64,000 bases of DNA from Methanomassiliicoccaceae archaeon. GTDB lineage: Archaea; Thermoplasmatota; Thermoplasmata; Methanomassiliicoccales; Methanomassiliicoccaceae. The stretch is taken from NCBI GenBank assembly GCA_963728405.1, contig CAVSJV010000007.1, positions 128,001-192,000 on the forward strand, in the 5' to 3' direction. The notes under the pieces are model-generated. The model saw only the letters and a list, made by a program, of their open reading frames with translations. It was not told the DNA's origin and searched no databases. The position numbers and the translations under genes were made by a program. This document shows, one piece after another, positions 50,515 to 61,310 of this stretch (positions are counted from its first letter, which is position 1; each line of letters starts with the position of its first letter).

Positions 50515-51531
50515 ATGGTCAGTAAGACTAAGGATCCTAAGATTGAATCTAAAAAGGAAAAAAGCGAAGTGAAGACCGAACGTCTAGCCGCTGACAAAAA
50601 GGAAGGGACGACCGACCTGAAGGAAGGCGTAGCGGACACGGGCGAGAAGCTCAAGAAGAAAAGGGGGAAAAGATCTATGATGGACGAGCAAAAGCGGAAG
50701 GATGTGAAGGGAAAGCTCACCGAGGAAGAGAGGGTCCGAAGCCTCAAGGAAGGCGGCGAGACCATGAGGGCCCAGCTGGCCATGGAAGAGGGCGAGCGAG
50801 CCGCTCGGGAGGGATCACCGGGTAGGGAGAGCTACCTGGTCTCGGAAGAAGAGCGAGAGCGGCGGAGGCTGGCCGGGACTGGCGACCCCTATAGGGGCTA
50901 CGGGGAGACCCAGAGAGGGGAGATGGCAATGTGGGACACAAAAGCGCCACCAGGAAAGTCTCTGACCGAGGAAGAGATGCGGAGGACCGGGTCGGCGAGG
51001 GTAGGCTATGAGTCCGGAACAGGCAGCTACTATTCCGAGATGCCCGACCGCCCCACGGGAACTGCCGGCCCCGAAAGCTCTTTCGGTAGGACCGAACGCA
51101 CGCCGAGCGGTCGGCAGTATGCGGAAGGGGGGAAGAGCGAGGGTGCGGGGACCCCGACGGCTCAAGAGATTGGCAGTGATGTCATGGCCAAGACCAAGGC
51201 TACCGGAAGTACTATGGTGGCCAAGACAAAAGAAATATCATCGGGCGTTACCGAAAAGGCCAAGGAGTACACAGAGGGCACCAAAGCGGAGGACTCAGCC
51301 CACCGGGCAGGGATCGCCGTCGGAATGGCCCTCAGGAAAGCAGCATCGGTGGTTGGAGAGATGGGGAGTGGGCTGAAGAAAGGGCTCCGGGGGCACGAAG
51401 AAGCCCAACCGCCGAAAGGGGGATCGGCCGAAATGCCGTCTCAGCGCAAGGAAGGGGAGATGGTGGAAAAAGAGACTCCCACCCGGGAGGAGAAGAGCTA
51501 CCAGGAAACCCGGCGGAAGGAGAACCCCTGA
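50515..51531 (+). CDS. Highly hydrophilic, low-complexity (LEA/hydrophilin-like) protein
   Basis: 338 aa rich in K/E/G/R/T with few hydrophobic residues. Confidence 0.7.
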   Translation: MVSKTKDPKIESKKEKSEVKTERLAADKKEGTTDLKEGVADTGEKLKKKRGKRSMMDEQKRKDVKGKLTEEERVRSLKEGGETMRAQLAMEEGERAAREGSPGRESYLVSEEERERRRLAGTGDPYRGYGETQRGEMAMWDTKAPPGKSLTEEEMRRTGSARVGYESGTGSYYSEMPDRPTGTAGPESSFGRTERTPSGRQYAEGGKSEGAGTPTAQEIGSDVMAKTKATGSTMVAKTKEISSGVTEKAKEYTEGTKAEDSAHRAGIAVGMALRKAASVVGEMGSGLKKGLRGHEEAQPPKGGSAEMPSQRKEGEMVEKETPTREEKSYQETRRKENP

Positions 51532-51596
51532 ACTGTGAGGGCTCGCCCCTCCTTCTTATCTTTCTTTTATTAAAATTGATGTTAGAGGAAAAGGTT

Positions 51597-52133
51597 TCAA
51601 TAATCGGGAAAAGTGCGCTTGAACAGGTCCATGCCCGATAGGATACATTCCATCCCGGACTTCTTACCCTCCCATCCCAGGACCTCGGTGTTCTTGCCCT
51701 CTTCTAGATGCTTGTATGTCCGGAAGAATTCGGCGATCTCGTCGAGGTAGTGGGTCGGCAGGTCGGTCAGGTCGTGGTATTCTCGGTTGCGAGGGTCGCG
51801 GATCGCCGCGCACAGCACCTTGTCATCAGCTCCCTTCTCATCCCTCATGCGGAGAACGCCCAGTGGGCGGGCCTCTACGATGCAACCGGTGAACGTGGGC
51901 TCGGACATTACGACCATCGCATCGATGGCATCCCCATCCTCGTAGAAGGTACGGGGCACCATGCCATATTCTAACGGGAACACCACGCTCGAGTGCAGGA
52001 CCCGGTCCAGCACAATGGCATCATAATCCTTGGACACTTCGTACTTGTTCTTACTGCCCTTGGGGGTCTCCACGATCACATTGATAATGTTAGGAGGGTC
52101 CTTCCCTACCGGCAGATCTTTCCACATCGTCAT
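51597..52133 (-). CDS. ppa: Inorganic pyrophosphatase
   Basis: KNKYE, YGMVPRT..EDGDAID, MRDEKGADDK, FFRTYK. Confidence 0.95.
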   Translation of the reverse strand: MTMWKDLPVGKDPPNIINVIVETPKGSKNKYEVSKDYDAIVLDRVLHSSVVFPLEYGMVPRTFYEDGDAIDAMVVMSEPTFTGCIVEARPLGVLRMRDEKGADDKVLCAAIRDPRNREYHDLTDLPTHYLDEIAEFFRTYKHLEEGKNTEVLGWEGKKSGMECILSGMDLFKRTFPDY

Positions 52134-52305
52134 ATTTCTCACTTTGTCCTTGGCAGAATACAAGTCCCATTTAACTTTTTCGAGCGGGAAGTGCTCCTGC
52201 GCAAGCCGATGACAAGTGAGGCAGGGGAGCATATCCCCAGTATCGACCGTCTGCAGAAAATAGACTACTTGGGCCTGGTGCCAATCCTCCTTCGAGATGG
52301 GAGGC

Positions 52306-52476
52306 TCAGACTGGCCAGATCACTTTGGCCAGCGAAATGATGATGACGATGGCCACGATGCCGCCGACCACGTACCAGGGCTTGAAGACCGGTCCCTTAT
52401 CTACCTCGTTGTCGAAATAGCGGATCAGACCGGCAGCGGACTGGAATCCCGTGTTCTTCTTGCTCTTAGCGGGCAT
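52306..52476 (-). CDS. secG: Preprotein translocase subunit Sec61beta/SecG
   Basis: Manual translation MPAKSKKNTGFQSAAGLIRYFD..P..TM helix. Confidence 0.9.
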   Translation of the reverse strand: MPAKSKKNTGFQSAAGLIRYFDNEVDKGPVFKPWYVVGGIVAIVIIISLAKVIWPV

Positions 52477-52628
52477 GAGTATCGTTCCTTGAAAACCACA
52501 CTATCTTATATAATTTTGTTGAGTCGGCCGTCGGATATCAGATCGCGCTGCCCCCGACAAAATCCTCATCATAGCCGAGGACGACGAAACGGTTAGGGCC
52601 CTTGACCCTCTTCATGTTGTTGATCTCC

Positions 52629-52892
52629 TCATCGACCTTCTTCTTGGGGACTATTATGCCTAGCTTGATGCCCCGGCCGAGAACTGTCATAATATTCGGT
52701 GGACCTTCGCGGCAATAGGATGGAGCGGCATGATTCTATGAAGTCTGTCTCCAAAATTCGGTTATTCATCGTTACCGAGACTATCGCCCGATCTTCCAAT
52801 AGCTCCTGGGTAACCTGGGCCTCCGGACTCTCGTTCTGGAGCTCCTTGGCCCTCTGGAAAGCTATGGACTTAATCATTGGTTGGGTCGTCAT
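52629..52892 (-). CDS. Hypothetical protein
   Basis: 87-aa ORF. Confidence 0.35.
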   Translation of the reverse strand: MTTQPMIKSIAFQRAKELQNESPEAQVTQELLEDRAIVSVTMNNRILETDFIESCRSILLPRRSTEYYDSSRPGHQARHNSPQEEGR

Positions 52893-53027
52893 AACTAATC
52901 GCTATAGGTGCAGGTTGGTAAAGCCACTTTGCATCATTCCAACGTAAGATAATGAGCAGGCCAGGTACGACCGCTCTGGCGGGATAGATTTATAAGAAAC
53001 CAGCCTATTGGCGTTTAGGCTGATAGT

Positions 53028-54572
53028 ATGCACTGGGCAGATGTAGAGGCCAGCACTCTTCTGACGAAGGGCAAGACCCACCTGATAAACACCGGCATCA
53101 CCCCTTCCGGCACGCTCCATGTAGGAACTCTACGAGAAGCTATAACTGCCGAGGCGGTCAGGAAATCCCTCTCTAAGCAGGGCGCCAATGTCCGGATGAT
53201 CTACCTCGTTGATTCCTGGGATCCCCTGCGCAAGCGCTATCCCTTTCTTCCCGAGAGCTATGAAGCGGAGGTCGGCAAGCCTCTGGCCTACATACCATGC
53301 CCCTGCGGGGAGCACAAGAGCTATGCACAGCATTACATCCAACCATTCCTAGACTCCATCAGGGAGTTGGGCATCCACTGTGATGTGCTGTGGACCCATG
53401 AGCAGTACGAGGAGGGTAAGTTCGCCGAGGTCATCGACATGGCCATCAGAAAGAAGGACCTGGTGGCCCAGATCCTGAAAGAGGTGAGCGGAAGGGATGT
53501 TCCCAAGGATTTCTATCCCTACTCGCCGCGGTGCGAGAAATGTGGCCGTCTGACCCATGCCAAGGTGACTGGTTATGAGAAGCCGTTCGTAAGCTATACA
53601 TGTGCCTGCGGCCACACCGGACAGGCCGACATCCGCAAGGCCGATGGTAAGATGCCCTGGCGCGTCGAGTGGGCCGCCAAGTGGAAGGTGTTCAGTGTCA
53701 CCTGCGAGCCGTTCGGCAAGGACCATGCCGCAGCGGGCGGTTCCTACGATACCGGTGTCCGTCTGGCCAAGGAGGTCTTCGAGGTGGATCCTCCCCATCC
53801 CGTTCCGTATGAGTTCGTTCAGCTGAAGGGCAAGGGGCAGATGCACAAGTCCACCGGTTCCTCGGTGACCGGGGTGGACGCGTTACACATCACCCCCGCT
53901 GCGGTCATGAACTACATCATCCTCAGGGTGAATCCTAACCGACATATTGACTACGATGCCGGACTGGGCATCCTGGACATGGTTGATGAGTATGATCGGG
54001 TGGAGAACATGCACTACTGTGGGGGATGCGAGGAACGGGACAGAGACCTGCTGCGCGCCTACGAGCTATCACAGCCCGAAGGCCCCCGCTCCAAGCTGCC
54101 TCTCCAGATACCATACCGCCATCTTGTCTACTTGGTCCAGATCACTGACGGCTTCGACGGCGTGCTCGCCGTGCTGCGCCGGATGGGGGTGATTGACGAT
54201 TCCGTCTCCCCCGAAGATGTGGCCATCCTTAAGCAGAGGATCGATTGCGTCATCTACTGGCTGGCCAATTTCGCTCCCGATGAGGTCAAGTTCGCGGTGT
54301 GCGAGAACATGCCGCCCTGCGAGCTCAACGACCAGGAAAAGGCGTTCCTTCGCGAGCTGTTCGTGGCGATGGAGGGCGTGGAGTGGAAGGGAGAGAGCAT
54401 CCACAATGCCATGTACGCTTGCGCCAAGAACGGATCGATCGGGGCCAAGGGCGGATTCCAGGCACTGTACAAGATCTTCTGCAACCAGACGCAGGGACCT
54501 CGCCTGGGCTTCTTCCTTTCCACTATGGACAAGGACTTCGTGCTTAACCGCATCCGCGAAGCCTCAGCCTAA
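53028..54572 (+). CDS. lysS: Lysine--tRNA ligase, class I
   Basis: MHWAD, GITPSGTLHVG, EPFGKDH, MHKSTG, GPRLG. Confidence 0.96.
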   Translation: MHWADVEASTLLTKGKTHLINTGITPSGTLHVGTLREAITAEAVRKSLSKQGANVRMIYLVDSWDPLRKRYPFLPESYEAEVGKPLAYIPCPCGEHKSYAQHYIQPFLDSIRELGIHCDVLWTHEQYEEGKFAEVIDMAIRKKDLVAQILKEVSGRDVPKDFYPYSPRCEKCGRLTHAKVTGYEKPFVSYTCACGHTGQADIRKADGKMPWRVEWAAKWKVFSVTCEPFGKDHAAAGGSYDTGVRLAKEVFEVDPPHPVPYEFVQLKGKGQMHKSTGSSVTGVDALHITPAAVMNYIILRVNPNRHIDYDAGLGILDMVDEYDRVENMHYCGGCEERDRDLLRAYELSQPEGPRSKLPLQIPYRHLVYLVQITDGFDGVLAVLRRMGVIDDSVSPEDVAILKQRIDCVIYWLANFAPDEVKFAVCENMPPCELNDQEKAFLRELFVAMEGVEWKGESIHNAMYACAKNGSIGAKGGFQALYKIFCNQTQGPRLGFFLSTMDKDFVLNRIREASA

Positions 54573-54834
54573 GGACTCACTTTGTAACGGAACGCTATTT
54601 ACCGTCAAGGCAGGAATGAACGTCACGTCCTGAGACGGAATGTTCGCCCAAGGGACGACCGACCATATTCTGCCGCATTTTTCTCTCGTACCTGATCATC
54701 TAGCAGCCGCTCCATGGCGCAGCGGAGGAACTCTCCCCTAACTATGAGTTCACTCAGGTGCACGCCATGACCCGCGGCGATCCCAACTTCGCCGTGCTGC
54801 TGGACGGTCCACAAGAGGTGACCGAACCTTTTAC

Positions 54835-55938
54835 TCACTTTTTCAGTAGGCCCTGCTCGTTCAGCTTGTCTGGCAGGTACGTGTCGGTGACATAGTCCAA
54901 CCCATACTTCGCCAACGCCTGCTGTTCCGATTTGCGATTCAACTTAAGCATGAGGTCGATCTCCCCCTTCCAGAAATCGGTGTTGAACCGAGGATCCTTC
55001 AGTTCAGCGTTCAGCGCTCGGACGTCCATGTCGGTGAGCTTGTCGGTCGGCAGCTCGTAGTTCTCGATGTCCGAGGCGGTGATCCCGATATACTCAGCGG
55101 TCGGAGTGGCCAGATACTCAGAGAGGTGGGCGGTCTTGATCGCCCCGTAGGCGATGGACGCATAGATGCGGAAGGACCACGGATCGCCATCGGTGAACAC
55201 GATGACTGGGAGCTTGACCTCTTCGTTAAGTCGCTTGATGAACCGACGAGTGGACCGGGCCGGCTGTCCTTTCAGGTGCACCAGCACCGCGTTGTAATCC
55301 TCGTCGAAACCGTTCTCCACAAGCCTGTCGAACATACCACCGGTCTCGATGGCCACGACGAACTTGGCGGAGGAGTCCTTGATCTCGATCTTCTCCTTCT
55401 CCACATTGTATGGGATGCCGTAGCCGGAGTCGCCCACATCGTCGCGGCAGTTGAGCTTCTTCTTCTTACCCTTCCGGTCCGTCTCCACGATGTTGATGTC
55501 CCCGATGACCCTGGCGCCGTCCTCCTCGGGGCGAAGCTTAAAGTCCTCCCGGAGGCACTGGGTGACGATTTCCAGGTCCTCAGCCAGTAGATTGGACTCA
55601 TCCTGGGAGTGGAACTTGGCCTTGCCCCACCCCTCAGAGATGTAGTACGCCTCTCTCAGGGTCGAGGACTTGTTGGTCTCTATCATGCCCTGGATCAGCT
55701 CCAGCATGTAGGAGGTCCGGAGCAGCATCATGGCCCCCTTGACCTTCTTGGCCGTCCTCGCTCCCCGCAGGCTGCCGTACTTCCAGACGTTGCTCCGGGT
55801 GTCGAACTTGATGTTGGCCTTGGTCCTCAAGGGCAGCACCATCTTGGGGATGTTGCCCTTGTCCAGCTGCTCGTAGATGGACTCGGAGATGGAGTAGAGC
55901 CTTTTTATCGCTTCAGTGTTACGTTCATTGCTCATCAT
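54835..55938 (-). CDS. top6A: DNA topoisomerase VI subunit A
   Basis: [31 protein letters not shown]. Confidence 0.96.
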   Translation of the reverse strand: MMSNERNTEAIKRLYSISESIYEQLDKGNIPKMVLPLRTKANIKFDTRSNVWKYGSLRGARTAKKVKGAMMLLRTSYMLELIQGMIETNKSSTLREAYYISEGWGKAKFHSQDESNLLAEDLEIVTQCLREDFKLRPEEDGARVIGDINIVETDRKGKKKKLNCRDDVGDSGYGIPYNVEKEKIEIKDSSAKFVVAIETGGMFDRLVENGFDEDYNAVLVHLKGQPARSTRRFIKRLNEEVKLPVIVFTDGDPWSFRIYASIAYGAIKTAHLSEYLATPTAEYIGITASDIENYELPTDKLTDMDVRALNAELKDPRFNTDFWKGEIDLMLKLNRKSEQQALAKYGLDYVTDTYLPDKLNEQGLLKK

Positions 55939-57922
55939 TTAGGTCCTCTCCTGCCTCGTCGTAGTCCGGCTCCTCATCCTCTTCGTCGGTCTTTTCCTGG
56001 ACCGACGCGTCCACCTCAGTGAAGTGGACACCCTGCAGGTCCCAGTCGCCGGGCAGGGGGTCGGCGCCCATGACATCTACCGGGTTGATGCCCGATACGT
56101 AAAGCTCTGTCTCGGAGTAAGCGTCCTGGTCCAGCCCTTTCAGGTCGAAGCAGACCTCGCAGACAGCGGTGGAAGCGATCTTGGGTAGCTCCCAGGTGAT
56201 CTTCTCCCCATCCTTGACCTCGGCCGGCTTGATATTGCATGACTCGATATCGAGGCAGCCCCGCGGGAGCACCGTGTGGAGTCTGAAGCGTTGCTGCTTC
56301 GGCGTGTAGTTGTAAACGAGCACCTTGATATTGTGGCGCCCTTTCGCGAAGGAAACGGCATCGTCGATCCACACCACATTCATGATCTTCGTTAGCGTTC
56401 CTCGCAGGTCGGGAATAGGTTTGCCGACGATCTTGGAGGTCTTCTCTGCCATCAGCGGAATGATGACCTGTACGATCTCGAACTTGGAACGGGTCTTGGT
56501 TTTCCGATCCTTCTTATTGAGATGGATCTTGAGGCTGCGACCGCAGGCCTTGAGCGCCAGGGCGATCTCTTCCTGGATGGCTGGCACCGAGGCGATGGCC
56601 TCCTTGGCCTCCGAGGTGAACGGTATCTTGGTGGAGGCCACATGCACCATGATGATGGCCGGTCCGAAGGGGATGCCCGAACCGCCGCGCTGCTCCAGGC
56701 CGTAGCGCCGCCAGTCGGTGTTCTCTATTGCTTTCGTTACCACGCATGCGCCCTGTTGATAGAGCAGCGGAACGCGGTTGGCAAACCGCAGGATCTGCAC
56801 TGGCTGGTCCGCTGGCATGTTCCCGCCATAGACGATTCCGACCTCCACCAGGAACGGGTTACCGGTATGGACCTTGGGCTCTCTGGTGACCGGCGGAGCA
56901 TAGAATTCCGGCTTGATCTCCATGAGCATGTGTTTGAGGCCCTTACGGATGAGGTTCTCGCCGATGGGAGAAAGACAATCGACCTGGGGAGCCATGATCT
57001 TGACCTTGCCAATGCCGTCCAGCAGCTGCTTAGAAGACTCTAAGCTCAGGTTCGCCGGCTTGGCCGTTTCCGGAAGCGCGGCGGAGGAGCAGATCTCCTT
57101 GGCCACTCGTTCGGAGATCCGGTTAAAATCGTTCTGTAGGAACTTGGCCAGGCTCCGTTCTTTGGTAGCCTTTATCATGTTCATGAGCGTCCCCAGCTCG
57201 ATGCCGTCGGGATGGGGTTTGATCTCCTTGGTGGGCGGGGGCATCAGGTCCGTGGCCCTATCGAAGTTGTACCTCTTACCATCCGGATCGATGAAGGAGA
57301 CCGTGGCATGAGGGTTGACGATAGCGGTCTGTCGGAGATATTCCAGCACTGACTGCTTGCCAGTCACATACCGTCCGTTCATATAGAACTCGACGCTGGT
57401 GCCATGGACCTTCTCGTTCCAGGGCACGAAGTCCTCGCGCAAGATTATGGGGGCGTTTTTCTTAGTATCGATGATGAGGTCGATCTCCTTGGCGGCCTCG
57501 GCCCCTTCGACCTTGGAGCGGGCGGTGGCCGCCTTGCCCGTGGTGATCTGACCATACATGATGGTGGCCGAGATCCCGATGCCCTGTTGTCCCCGGGACT
57601 GACGAACGGCGTGGAACCTAGAACCGTAGAGGAGACGTCCAAAGACGTTAGGCATGGATGTAGAAACAATGCCCGGACCATTGTCCTCGACCATGACCCG
57701 GTACTCCTTCTGATCGATGCGGTCGATCTTGACCAGTATCTCGGGAAGGATCTGCGCTTCCTCGCAGGCGTCCAAGGAGTTATCGACCGCTTCCTTTACG
57801 CCCATGATGAGCGATTTTACCGGTGAGTCGAAGCCGAGGATCTGACGGTTCTTCTCGAAGAACTCGGAGACTGATATCTCCTTCTGGCTCTTGGCCATTT
57901 TCGAAGCTGTGGTTGAGGGCAT
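55925..57922 (-). CDS. top6B: DNA topoisomerase VI subunit B
   Basis: KEAVDNSLDA, EDNGPG, QSRGQQGIG, RFANRVPL. Confidence 0.96.
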   Translation of the reverse strand: MPSTTASKMAKSQKEISVSEFFEKNRQILGFDSPVKSLIMGVKEAVDNSLDACEEAQILPEILVKIDRIDQKEYRVMVEDNGPGIVSTSMPNVFGRLLYGSRFHAVRQSRGQQGIGISATIMYGQITTGKAATARSKVEGAEAAKEIDLIIDTKKNAPIILREDFVPWNEKVHGTSVEFYMNGRYVTGKQSVLEYLRQTAIVNPHATVSFIDPDGKRYNFDRATDLMPPPTKEIKPHPDGIELGTLMNMIKATKERSLAKFLQNDFNRISERVAKEICSSAALPETAKPANLSLESSKQLLDGIGKVKIMAPQVDCLSPIGENLIRKGLKHMLMEIKPEFYAPPVTREPKVHTGNPFLVEVGIVYGGNMPADQPVQILRFANRVPLLYQQGACVVTKAIENTDWRRYGLEQRGGSGIPFGPAIIMVHVASTKIPFTSEAKEAIASVPAIQEEIALALKACGRSLKIHLNKKDRKTKTRSKFEIVQVIIPLMAEKTSKIVGKPIPDLRGTLTKIMNVVWIDDAVSFAKGRHNIKVLVYNYTPKQQRFRLHTVLPRGCLDIESCNIKPAEVKDGEKITWELPKIASTAVCEVCFDLKGLDQDAYSETELYVSGINPVDVMGADPLPGDWDLQGVHFTEVDASVQEKTDEEDEEPDYDEAGEDLNDEQ

Positions 57923-57981
57923 CCCGTTACCTCAATGAAGAGTTATATTAAAAGGTTTGACTGGGAGGTGGCCGAAAGTGC

Positions 57982-58992
57982 TCAGTTCTCGAACTCCTTC
58001 CCGCAGTTCCAGCACTTCTTGGCGTCCTCGTCGACCTTGGCTCCGCAATCAGTGCACACGAACTCGTCCTTGCCCTTTTCGGGGGCCTTGGGTGTCTCGT
58101 CCTTCCCGGCGTCGTCGAATTTCTCGCCGCACTGGGGACACTTGTCCGCGCTGGACGGGACTTCCCCGCCGCACTCTGAGCAAACGAACTTTTCGTCCTT
58201 GCCGTCTTTGGCCGGAGGCAGCTTGCCGCCCTTGGTGCCATACTGCTTCTCCATCTGGGCCACCTTGGCCTTGGATCGATCGCTCATGTAGCTGAGGGCT
58301 AGCAGCAGGAAGTACAGCACACCCACCTGGATGAACAGGGCGAGCATCAGGGTCGGAAGCCAGTGAGCGTACAGGTCGCCGTCGGACACTAGAATGGGGC
58401 CATAGTTGCCCGGAGTAACGACCCAATTCTGCCCGTTATTGGCGGTGAAGAAGTAAGCATATTCGGTCTTGTTCTGTAATGTGGTATCATAGGTGAATAG
58501 GCGACCCTCGGATACATTCGTGAAGGCCATGGTCTCATTGCGTTCGGTCGTACCGGTCCAGTAATCTGCGATAATGACGTTGACCTGAGTATAGTTGCTA
58601 TCCTTCACCAGTATGCTGAACTGATAGTCCGTGCTAGAGTCCCCATATATCGGGGTGAGCTTACCATCCACCATGGTCCCATCGGTGGTGCTCTGGGTTG
58701 TGTTTGCCAAGCTCTTTTGGCCCTCGATGTAGGAAATGCTAAAGGGGACCGCCAGCAGTACAATTAAAATAATGCCCCAGGCCGCTAGCTTCTTCTTGGA
58801 CTTCATGCCGAAGAAGTATGGAATGTAATATCCGGCCAGCGCGACTAGCAGGAGGCCGAAGCACAGCAGGTAGCCGGAATAGACTAGCAGTAGGGAACAA
58901 ATGACGAAGGTGAGGGCCAGTCCGATCAGAATGGCGTATTTGTGCCTCCGGAATTTGAAGAACCTGTCCTTGAGGTCATCCACCATTGACAT
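57982..58992 (-). CDS. Membrane protein with C-terminal double zinc ribbon
   Basis: TM helices, an extracellular beta domain, two CxxCG..CxxCG pairs. Confidence 0.8.
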   Translation of the reverse strand: MSMVDDLKDRFFKFRRHKYAILIGLALTFVICSLLLVYSGYLLCFGLLLVALAGYYIPYFFGMKSKKKLAAWGIILIVLLAVPFSISYIEGQKSLANTTQSTTDGTMVDGKLTPIYGDSSTDYQFSILVKDSNYTQVNVIIADYWTGTTERNETMAFTNVSEGRLFTYDTTLQNKTEYAYFFTANNGQNWVVTPGNYGPILVSDGDLYAHWLPTLMLALFIQVGVLYFLLLALSYMSDRSKAKVAQMEKQYGTKGGKLPPAKDGKDEKFVCSECGGEVPSSADKCPQCGEKFDDAGKDETPKAPEKGKDEFVCTDCGAKVDEDAKKCWNCGKEFEN

Positions 58993-59091
58993 TGATGTTC
59001 GGCATTGGCATAGAGGGTTTAAACTTATTGTTTTCCAGGCAGAAAATCTTTATTTATTGCCCGTAGGTTGGTTTGACCTAGACGTGGGCAT

Positions 59092-60036
59092 ATGAGAACG
59101 GCAGTAGTGGCCATCGGCGGGAACGCCATACTGAGGAAAGGGCAGCGCTCTACCCTGGAGAATCAGCTCAGGAACCTTGAGGAGACCTCTCGCCACATCG
59201 CCATGATGGTAAGCTCTGGCTATGACATCACCCTCACCCACGGCAATGGCCCCCAGGTCGGGGACATCGTGCTGCAGAATGAGGCGGCCAAGGGGGAAGT
59301 GTCCCCGATGCCATTGGACGTTTGCGTGGCCGAGTCCCAAGGCCTCATCGGTTACATGTTCCAACAGACCTTGACCGAAGCGCTGCGGACGCTGTGCTGC
59401 GAGCGGATCGTCCCCTGCGTCCTGACCCGGGTGCTGGTCGACGAGAACGACGAGGCATTTAGGTCGCCGTCCAAACCGATAGGGCCGTTCTATTCGTTCG
59501 ACGAGGCGGCGGAGCTAAAGGCCGCCAAAGGCTGGACCATGTTGGAAGACAGTGCCCGCGGGGGATGGCGAAGGGTCGTGCCCTCTCCCCGCCCCAAGAG
59601 CATCGTGGAGGCCAGCTCCATCAAGCGGCTGGTCAAGGGCGGGAACGACCTGGTGATCTCCACCGGTGGAGGAGGCATCCCGGTCATCAAGCGCGACGGC
59701 CGTCTGCAGGGCGTCGAGGCCGTGGTCGACAAGGACCTCGCCGCCGCTTGCCTGGCCAAGTGTATGGGGGAATCCCTCCTGATCATGCTGACCGATGTCG
59801 ACCAGGTATTCCTCGATTACGGCCGGAAGGAGCAGCGCCCTCTCGGCACGGTCACCGCCGACGAGGCCGAATCCTATCTCCGGGCCGGACAGTTCCCCGC
59901 CGGGACGATGGGGCCGAAGGTCGAGGCGGGCATCGACTTCGTCCGTTCGGGGGGAGAGCGGGCGATCATCACAAGACCGGAACTTTTAGATACGGCCTTG
60001 GCGAGTAGGGCGGGAACTGAGATAGTACTTAGGTGA
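59092..60036 (+). CDS. arcC: Carbamate kinase
   Basis: AIGGNA, THGNGPQVG, RRVVPSP, GGGGIPV, GTMGPKVEA. Confidence 0.95.
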   Translation: MRTAVVAIGGNAILRKGQRSTLENQLRNLEETSRHIAMMVSSGYDITLTHGNGPQVGDIVLQNEAAKGEVSPMPLDVCVAESQGLIGYMFQQTLTEALRTLCCERIVPCVLTRVLVDENDEAFRSPSKPIGPFYSFDEAAELKAAKGWTMLEDSARGGWRRVVPSPRPKSIVEASSIKRLVKGGNDLVISTGGGGIPVIKRDGRLQGVEAVVDKDLAAACLAKCMGESLLIMLTDVDQVFLDYGRKEQRPLGTVTADEAESYLRAGQFPAGTMGPKVEAGIDFVRSGGERAIITRPELLDTALASRAGTEIVLR

Positions 60037-60042
60037 ACCAGA

Positions 60043-61158
60043 GTGGCCCTTACCATCGATGAGCAGATCAAGGCGATCGAGGACGAGATCCTCAAGACCC
60101 AGTACAACAAGAAGACCCAGAGCCACATAGGTCTCCTGAAGGCTAAGATCGCCCGTCTCAAGATGGAGCAAGAGAAGCGGCGGGCCGCTTCGGGCGGCGG
60201 TGGCCAAGGATACTCGGTCAAGAAGTCCGGAAACGCCACCGTCGCGCTGGTGGGGTTCCCCAGTGTCGGCAAGTCTACTCTATTGAACAGGCTGACCGGG
60301 GCTCAGAGCGAAGTGGCCGCGTACGCGTTCACCACGGTGGATGTCATCCCCGGGGTGATGTATCACGAGTTCGCCAAGATCCAGATCCTAGATATGCCCG
60401 GCTTGATACGGGACGCATCCAAGGGTAAGGGCCGCGGCCGAGAGGTGTTAGCGGTCGTTAGGACCTCTGATCTTATCCTGTTCGTTATCGACGTCTATGA
60501 CATGAACATCGACGTCCTGGTCAACGAGCTTTACAATACTGGCATCAGGCTGAACACTCGCCCGCCCAATGTGGTCATCACCAAGACCGATAAGGGCGGG
60601 ATAGAGGTCAAGCCGACCGTGCCGCTCACCAAGATCGACGTGGAGATGGCGGCCGACATGGTCGCCGCCTATGGTTACGTGAACGCCGAGGTCATCATTC
60701 GCGAGGACATGGACGAGGAGCGGCTCATCGACGCGCTGACCGGTAATCGCGTCTATCTTCGCTCGGTGACCGTGGTCAACAAGATCGATCTCATCGATCA
60801 GGCCCACATGGAGCAGGTTAAGGCCAAGCTCAAGGATTGGAACCCCATCTACGTCGCGGCCAGTAAGGGAGTCAATCTGGACGGGCTCAAGGAAGCTATC
60901 TACAAGAAGCTCGACTTCATACATGTGTTCTTAAAGCCCCAGGGCCAGGACGCCGATATGAAGGAACCGGTGGTCATCATGAACGGTTCGACCGTCGGCG
61001 ACCTGTGCGATCGCATCCACCGTTCCTTCCGCAAGAACTTCCGCTACGCTACCGTCTGGGGCAAGTCGGCCAAGTTCCCCGGGCAGACCGTGGGAGCGGA
61101 CCATGTCATGAGGGACGGGGACATCGTAACGGTAGTGGTCAAGCGGGGCGGGGACTGA
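60043..61158 (+). CDS. DRG-family GTPase with TGS domain
   Basis: GFPSVGKST, DMPG, NKID, C-terminal TGS. Confidence 0.93.
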   Translation: MALTIDEQIKAIEDEILKTQYNKKTQSHIGLLKAKIARLKMEQEKRRAASGGGGQGYSVKKSGNATVALVGFPSVGKSTLLNRLTGAQSEVAAYAFTTVDVIPGVMYHEFAKIQILDMPGLIRDASKGKGRGREVLAVVRTSDLILFVIDVYDMNIDVLVNELYNTGIRLNTRPPNVVITKTDKGGIEVKPTVPLTKIDVEMAADMVAAYGYVNAEVIIREDMDEERLIDALTGNRVYLRSVTVVNKIDLIDQAHMEQVKAKLKDWNPIYVAASKGVNLDGLKEAIYKKLDFIHVFLKPQGQDADMKEPVVIMNGSTVGDLCDRIHRSFRKNFRYATVWGKSAKFPGQTVGADHVMRDGDIVTVVVKRGGD

Positions 61159-61179
61159 GCAAGGGATTTTTGACCGTAG

Positions 61180-61305
61180 CTCCATGTCCCGCCGGCGGAG
61201 CGGGCAAGGCTGGGCACAGTGGGCAATCTGGTCCGGTTATCGGTGGGCATCGAGGATGTGCAAGATATCACGGAAGGCCTGGACCAGCTCCTTCGCTTAG
61301 TGTGA
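61180..61305 (+). pseudogene. C-terminal remnant of a Cys/Met metabolism PLP enzyme (MetB/MetC family)
   Basis: HVPPAERARLG..NLVRLSVGIEDVQDI..LDQ. Confidence 0.7.
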
Positions 61306-61310
61306 TGCGC

